DNA from: Octopus vulgaris
Lineage: Eukaryota
Length of the DNA: 64,000 nucleotides
Assembly (NCBI GenBank): GCA_951406725.2
Contig: OX597818.1
Coordinates: forward strand, 121,148,001-121,212,000
Direction: 5' to 3'
Numbering within the stretch: the first letter of the stretch is position 1; the number at the start of each line of letters is the position of its first letter. The notes under the pieces are model-generated. The model did not search any database and was not told where the DNA came from. It saw nothing but the letters and a program-made list of their open reading frames with translations. Below are positions 59,879-64,000 of this stretch, one piece after another. Both the position numbers and the translations under genes were made by a program.

Positions 59879-62492
59879 TGTGTCGGTGTGTGTTGTGTGT
59901 GTACATGTACTGTTTAAGCATTCCAGCCATGACCATTCAATCTTTTATTTTGATGTCATATACCTAATGTTACTCAATGATATCGGATTAAGACAGTACA
60001 GTATGCTTCAAGAGAAATTTTGACTGGTATTTCTAGCAAGGTGAACAACTATGGAAGGGATCTCTTGTTAGCTTATGTTTATCTCTCTCTCTCTGCACAC
60101 TGTTCAGTGGTTAGTGTTAGGAAGGGCATCCAGCTGTAGAAACCATACCAAACAGACAACTGGACTCCGGACAGCTCCCCAGCTGGCCAACTCCTGTCAA
60201 ACCATCCAACCCATGACAGCATGGAAAAACGGATATATAAGGGAGAGAAAGAGAGCATCGTCGTTTTAACAGCCACTTTTCTATGCTTGGAAACAGGTGA
60301 AGGTTGGCAACAAGAAGGGCATCCAGTCATAGAAAATCTACAACATTCCGTGGGACCAGTACGAGCATGGAAAAGTGAATGTTAAACGATGTGAGGAAGA
60401 GGAGAAGTAATTGTGCATAAGTTTATAATTGGGTGTATAATGGTGACAGTTCGGTTTGGCTGCACTTAGATCCTTTTAATTCAGTACATCTTTGCTCTGT
60501 TTTCTTTATTAACTTGATAAAATGATTACTAGACAAAGTACTGGGGCTGGATCTTTTCGGTTTGAACGGCAGTTTTTTCTAGCGGTGTCATATGAAATTG
60601 TCACCCATAATTATGACCCTAGTATCGATCTATTGCATTTCAATCTGTTTTAGGGTTAGAGTTAGGGGTGGGACGAAGGGTATCCTTTTTTCTTCACAAA
60701 TGTAAATAAACCCTGTCTGTTTCTTAAACGAGGGACATATTCATACGGCACAGAATGTTTTCACCTCAATAGACGTCACTGATTGGTTGTTGAAATTGCA
60801 GAAATTGAAGAAAAAAACAACAACAAATATCTTACAAACTATAGAATTTTCTCAAGAAAGCCAAGAGAAAAAGATGTTTTATAAACACATTCTACCAGTA
60901 TACAAAGATTAAAAGTGTTTAGTTACGTGGAAATTATTTTAAAAAACTGCCGGTCAAACCGAAAAGATCCCTGGGGCTAATATAATTATTGGGAAATTCT
61001 TGAAAATGATATCCCTGCGTGGCCGCGGTTTTATTATTAAAACCATAAAGTGCAAAAAAAAAAAAAAAAGAAAAATGAAAGGAAAGCATTGCCTTAATAT
61101 AGGAAGAGTAGTCTCCCTTGCCTTTAGTTGATAAATTCCATTTTCATAAATTTAAAGATGTGATTTTCATTGTAATTTGTTACAGAGTGTTGGTACAGAC
61201 AATATTGGCCTTCGGGATGAAGATTTATGTTCGTGAGTAATTATATACCTTATGATATGTAATAAATTCAGTATTAGATTTAACGGGGACAACAAATATT
61301 GAGCAAATTTTGGATATTTAATCTTGAATCTTAACACTTTAATTTCAGTTTTTCTGTTGAAAAAACACTAAGTTTTAATTAATTTTGAAAATAATGAATT
61401 TAGTAAAATAACTTTGTCATCATTAAGCTGTTTTTTTAAGGCGGCGAGCTGGCAGACTCATTAGCACGATGGACGAAATGCTTAGCGGTATTTCGCCCGT
61501 CGTTTATGTCCTGCGTTTAAATTCCGCCGAGGTCGACTTTGCCTTTCATCCTTTCGGGGTCGATTAAATAAGTACCAGTTACGCACTGGGGTCTATGTAA
61601 TCGACTTAATCCGTTTGTCTGTTCTTGTTTATCCCCTCTGTGTTTAGCCCCTTGTGGGTAGTAAATAAATAGGTATTTCGTCTGCCGTTACGTTCTGAGT
61701 TCAAATTCCGCCGAGGTCGACTTTGCCTTTCATCCTTTCGGGTTCGATAAAATAAGTAGCAGTTGAACACTAGGGACGATGTAATCGATTTGTCCCCTCC
61801 ACCAAAATTGCTGCCCTTGTGGCAAAATTTGAAACCATTATTACTCTGGTGTTTGGAACATAAACTAGCTTGAAGGTTTAACCATTTACCATTCACATGA
61901 CTGTTAAATCTAATGCTTATCTATTCATATTGCTTTAAATTAATCATATGTTAACTTGTAGCTATCAGATGTTGATGAGGCGGGTGTTAATTTTTAGAAT
62001 GACATTGTAAGGTGATGTGAGAGGCCAGATTGAGCATAAGAGGTAAAATATTTGGGACACATATGGTTGGTTTAAATGCTAAAGGGTTACAGTAAAGTTT
62101 TAATTCATGTCACATGAAATCAGGAACCTCTCATGAGGATTAGTATACAATTATCCAATATATCTTTACCTTTTTAAGACAACAGGTATGGACTATTATT
62201 TCTGCTGAGCTTTACCATTGAAAAGAATGACGGTGTTTACTTTGTCGAAAGGTTAGGCAACAACTAACAATCTGATTTATTTTTCAGGAGAGCCTTTAAA
62301 AAGTGGGAAAAGAACAAAAACCTCATAATTCTTGGAAGTCATTCAAGTAAGAGGTTACCAATTTTTTCCTTCATTGTAAAACATGAAGATGGCAAAAAAC
62401 TTCTGCATCATAACTTTGTGTCTGCTGTTCTCAATGATATGTATGGTATCCAAGCTCGAGGAGGCTGTGCATGTGCAGGACCTTATGCAATA
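35246..62492 (+). CDS. Whole gene span (14 coding exons, 411 codons, 3' incomplete): PLP-dependent class-V aminotransferase / SufS-type cysteine desulfurase-like protein
   Basis: Exons join in frame with AG acceptors and GT donors (one GC). Motifs: YCDFTASGR, YGNTHT, FTGNGCTGAI, GPYEHYSNMLPW, FSAASNVTG, WDYATSAPY, SPHKFVGGPGTPG, GGGT, REEGGTP, RGGCACAGPY. Confidence 0.9.
35898..36126 (+). mobile_element. SINE family A nested in a decayed family B copy
   Basis: AGAAATTGTG on both flanks. Confidence 0.85.
37231..37598 (-). mobile_element. Non-autonomous Helitron-like element
   Basis: Minus strand starts TCTATATATATAAATGGCAAAATGTCTGTGTG and ends GCATTGCCGGATCATAGTGCTAG|T. Confidence 0.7.
38050..38330. 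mobile_element. Penelope-like non-autonomous repeat with partial inverted end and decayed hammerhead
   Basis: 38130-38180 is inverted relative to 38282-38330; same family at 58155-58415 and 40495-40530. Confidence 0.55.
38431..38661 (-). mobile_element. SINE family A nested in a decayed family B copy
   Basis: AATTTGGTAA(A/T)TGGAAATT duplicated on both flanks. Confidence 0.8.
41616..41835. mobile_element. piggyBac-like MITE
   Basis: TTAA|CCCTTTAG...CTAAAGGG|TTAA; decayed relative near 61880-62088. Confidence 0.75.
42375..42588. mobile_element. piggyBac-like MITE (second family)
   Basis: TTAA|CCCTTTCATTAC...GTAACAAAAGGG|TTAA; decayed relatives near 44230-44404, 52830-53270 and 58650-58750. 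Confidence 0.75.
42960..43310 (+). mobile_element. Decayed CR1-like LINE 3' end
   Basis: Decayed FF..RV...WN.LP-type region and tail TGATGAGTTGTAGTGCACCTGAGCAC...(ATT)n; tail also at 55956-56008 (+) and 56205-56260 (-). Confidence 0.5.
43321..43540 (+). mobile_element. SINE family A (alternative tail)
   Basis: Decayed head and core. Confidence 0.8.
43636..43759 (+). CDS. Desulfurase-like exon 2
   Basis: TAG| FFLPVESKYTGKYLDVLLFKYINDSIIGKDLTVQGPYGPVK |GTAAGG, phase 1. Confidence 0.85.
43775..44156 (-). mobile_element. SINE family B, ~15 bp after the exon 2 donor
   Basis: Colinear, CpG-decayed. Confidence 0.85.
45113..45143 (+). CDS. Desulfurase-like exon 3 (31 bp)
   Basis: CAG| (I)VYCDFTASG(R) |GTAAGT. 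Confidence 0.9.
45320..45640 (+). mobile_element. tRNA-derived SINE (other family)
   Basis: TGGCCCAGTGGTTAGAGCA...GAGTTCAATTCCT A/B boxes, then GTGTTCTTGAGCAAGACAC. Confidence 0.65.
46481..46902 (+). mobile_element. SINE family B
   Basis: Colinear with 12983-13393. Confidence 0.88.
46998..47114 (+). CDS. Desulfurase-like exon 4
   Basis: CAG| CLTFIEDYIRQYVMPFYGNTHTTTSINSRQTTLFRDDA(R) |GTTAGT. Confidence 0.92.
47908..48157 (-). mobile_element. RTE 3' fragment with (TGA)n tail and TSD ACAAGGACT
   Basis: Near-identical to 54772-55050; ACAAGGACT at 47899-47907 and 48153-48161. Confidence 0.8.
48285..48417 (+). CDS. Desulfurase-like exon 5
   Basis: CAG| NIIKECVNASNDDVVIFTGNGCTGAIHKLIGGLNLKNSPSLKKT |GTAAGT. 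Confidence 0.92.
49043..49187. repeat. Hairpin / MITE-like inverted repeat with ~58-bp arms
   Basis: AAGGGTGTCTTTACTCACTGGCACACACTCCATGCATTCTTGG... mirrored at 49130-49187. Confidence 0.85.
49423..49857 (-). mobile_element. SINE family B
   Basis: Colinear, with a small internal inversion near 49535-49566. Confidence 0.85.
50205..50270 (+). CDS. Desulfurase-like exon 6
   Basis: CAG| VAIIGPYEHYSNMLPWMELGVP |GTGAGT. Confidence 0.9.
51758..51823 (+). CDS. Desulfurase-like exon 7
   Basis: TAG| ICRVKETNHGLIDMDHLEQELK |GTTTGA. Confidence 0.88.
52047..52276 (+). mobile_element. SINE family A
   Basis: TATAATATAG(A/T)TTTTGTTTTG on both flanks. Confidence 0.88.
52967..53030 (+). ncRNA. Minimal type I hammerhead ribozyme motif, sense strand of intron 7
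   Basis: TCCAAA CTGAAGA cGAG caatga CTCa GAA ACTAGT C TCTGGA; distal AAGCCA/TGGCTT pairing. Confidence 0.72.
53354..53589 (-). mobile_element. SINE family A
   Basis: TATAACTAGTAGGTTTTCT duplicated on both flanks. Confidence 0.88.
53744..54380. mobile_element. Two divergent short copies of the RTE 3' UTR (53744-53990 minus, 54100-54380 plus)
   Basis: Both match 22660-22920. Confidence 0.8.
54772..55050 (-). mobile_element. RTE 3' fragment nested in a SINE
   Basis: VKGRRVQFAGHCCRAENE...LLLWKP...RGRTLSYPDVI...DREVWRNIV, (TGA)n tail. Confidence 0.8.
55176..55317 (+). CDS. Desulfurase-like exon 8 (followed by a GC donor)
   Basis: CAG| KWSKKSFDIIVAFSAASNVTGIVTDTENVAKLVHKYGGLSFWDYATS |GCATGT. 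Confidence 0.9.
55550..55943 (-). mobile_element. SINE family A dimer
   Basis: Junction at 55734. Confidence 0.85.
56838..57278. mobile_element. Foldback element with ~110-bp inverted arms
   Basis: ACTTTGTTGTAAAGATTGTTTGCCAGCATAACATGGCAGTC... vs ...GACTGCCATGTTATGTTGGCAAACAATCTTTACTACAAAGT. Confidence 0.8.
57014..57058 (-). ncRNA. Decayed minimal type I hammerhead motif inside a foldback element
   Basis: TCTGTG CTGATGA agagaaataacctg GAA ATCACAAT A CACAGA. Confidence 0.55.
57434..57476 (+). CDS. Desulfurase-like exon 9
   Basis: CAG| (A)PYVDIDMNPQGET(A) |GTAAGT. Confidence 0.9.
57885..57943 (+). CDS. Desulfurase-like exon 10 (PLP-binding lysine, codon 57916-57918)
   Basis: AAG| YKDAVYLSPHKFVGGPGTP(G) |GTAAGT. 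Confidence 0.92.
58155..58415 (-). mobile_element. Second copy of the Penelope-like repeat
   Basis: Colinear with 38050-38265. Confidence 0.55.
58972..59045 (+). CDS. Desulfurase-like exon 11
   Basis: CAG| LLIAKTKLFKNPVPDSVGGGTALF |GTAAGT. Confidence 0.9.
59693..59803 (+). CDS. Desulfurase-like exon 12
   Basis: AAG| VTRDTHLYLKDIESREEGGTPGIIETIRAGLIFQLKR |GTTTTT (weak donor). Confidence 0.88.
60549..60970. mobile_element. MITE of the same family, perfect 8-bp TSD
   Basis: CTGGGGCT at 60541-60548 and 60971-60978. Confidence 0.9.
61186..61232 (+). CDS. Desulfurase-like exon 13
   Basis: CAG| SVGTDNIGLRDEDLC(S) |GTGAGT; phases fit both neighbours. Confidence 0.85.
61440..61843 (+). mobile_element. 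SINE family A dimer
   Basis: Junction AAATA|GGTATTTCG at 61671. Confidence 0.88.
62288..62492 (+). CDS. Desulfurase-like exon 14 (catalytic Cys loop)
   Basis: CAG| RAFKKWEKNKNLIILGSHSSKRLPIFSFIVKHEDGKKLLHHNFVSAVLNDMYGIQARGGCACAGPYAI |GTATGT. Confidence 0.92.
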
Positions 62493-62659
62493 GTATGTTC
62501 TTCATATTCACTTCAATCAATGTTATACAGTTTATATTTACTTGGCAAGAGGTCACACCTATGACCATAAGAAATCTAGCTGTGATTCTTTTCTTTGTTT
62601 TTCATCTATAGAACTACAATATCCAATTTTACTATTTTTCTTAATTTTAAGATAGTAAT

Positions 62660-63081
62660 TGGCATCTGTGCTAGTGGAGTACTAAGAGTACCATACAAGT
62701 GAGATCGTTGCCAGAGCAACAAGCTGGCCTCTGTGCCGATGGCACATTAAAAACACCATTTGTGCTGGTGGCATGTGAAAAAAAAAAACATTCGAGCAAG
62801 GTTGTTGCCAGTGCCGCTGGACTGGCTCCTGTGCAGGTGGCACATAAAAAGCACCATTTGAGCATGGCCGTTGCCAGTACCACCTAACTGGCCCTTGTGC
62901 CAGTGGCACATAAAAGCACCCACTACACTCTTGGAGTGATTAGCGTTAGGAAGGGCATCCAGCTGTAGAAACTCTGCCAGATCAGATTGGAGTCTGGTGC
63001 AGCCATATGGTTCGCCAGTCCTCAGTCAAATCATCCAACCCATGCTAGCACGGAAAGTGGACGTTAAACTATGATGATGAT
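62660..63081 (+). mobile_element. Short copy of the RTE 3' UTR
   Basis: GTGCCGGTGGCAC-type repeats and (GAT)n tail. Confidence 0.85.
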
Positions 63082-63590
63082 AACCAAATTATTTTCAAAT
63101 CACATTTAACTATCAGGTTGCAGAACCTTGTGGAGAAAATTTGTTGGGCTCAGTTCTGTGATTATTTAATGATGACTGTCCAGGGCTTATAACAAAAGAT
63201 GTTTGCCTGAGATATCATGCAGTACGACTGGACCTGAAACCTATTATTACACACTTCACTTTTCACCAATCCTGCATTTCACCCAATTGTCCATTTTATG
63301 TACACACATTCATACACATCACCACCATGGGCATAGTTATCAAGAGAAAGTTTCTGCTATCTAATTCAAAGCCAATGGTCCTGATAGTGTTCCCTCAATT
63401 TCACTGAGTAGTAGCAGGCTTGGTGGAATACCAAGTAGTAGAGGACTTCTATCCCCAGCTAAGACGACTGTCGGAACCTTGGGTTCCATAAGTGAAGCTC
63501 ACTTTGTTGCAAGTCAGAGGCTAGGTGTTTGCCTTGAGGGTAACTTCCTCTCTTCTATCAACTCCAGAAACCCTGAAATATAAAATCATA

Positions 63591-64000
63591 GCTGTACCTT
63601 GAAATCAAGAGGACAGATCCTGTTGTCTACAGCTCTTTCCTGCAATCAGACCTGGACACAATGCAGCAATGGATCACAGACTGGCAACTGAAACTGGCTG
63701 TGGACAAGTGTACCACCATGCATTTTGGGAGAAAAAACCCTGCGTCCACATACTCCCTCCACAACACTGATATCAAGAAATCCTCTTGCGAGCGTGACCT
63801 AGGCATCACTGTCAGCAGTGATTTGCATTGGACAAAGCATATCTCTAAAATTGTCAAGAAGGCCGAGGGTGTCTTGGCATCACTCAGCAAGACTTTTGTT
63901 AGCCGCTCTCCAGCCATCTATTTAAAACTGTATACAGCTATGGTACGACCACACTTGGAATTCGCATCATCAGTTTGGAACCCCTATCTTGCACAGAACA
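63591..64000 (+). mobile_element. CR1-clade LINE RT fragment, 5'-truncated, runs off the window
   Basis: Open frame LYLEIK...LQSDLDTMQQWITDWQLKLAVDKC...ERDLGITVSSDLHW...LYTAMVRPHLEFASSVWNPY. Confidence 0.9.

Noticed and set aside
35246-62492. Bacterial contamination or recent horizontal transfer of the desulfurase
   Set aside because: Thirteen spliceosomal introns filled with host repeats.

Overview
Eukaryotic, AT-rich, repeat-dense DNA. The SINE/LINE repertoire and (TA)n/(CA)n load point to an octopus (coleoid cephalopod) genome; this is inferred from repeat families, not proven. Two divergently oriented host genes are visible. (1) One coding exon (2238-2424, minus) of a TLCD5/TMEM136-like TLC-domain membrane protein. 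(2) A plus-strand PLP-dependent class-V aminotransferase/cysteine desulfurase-like gene, with 14 phase-compatible coding exons from 35246 to 62492 (411 codons, continuing past the window). It has SPHK and RGGCACAGPY motifs and one GC-AG intron. The rest is mobile DNA: a young 5'-truncated RTE LINE with a PHD-type finger inside its RT, a 5'-inverted RTE, Tx1/L1, CR1, mariner and Penelope remnants, three tRNA-derived SINE families, Helitron-, piggyBac- and 8-bp-TSD MITEs, a 5S rRNA pseudogene and a 37-bp minisatellite. The most interesting signals are several unrelated minimal type I hammerhead ribozyme motifs (one sense-strand intronic, in a ~250-bp TSD-flanked insert) and a SINE whose tail matches a Tx1-like LINE end and which repeatedly joins at a GGTAT motif in its own head. 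Everything was read by eye, so repeat boundaries are approximate.
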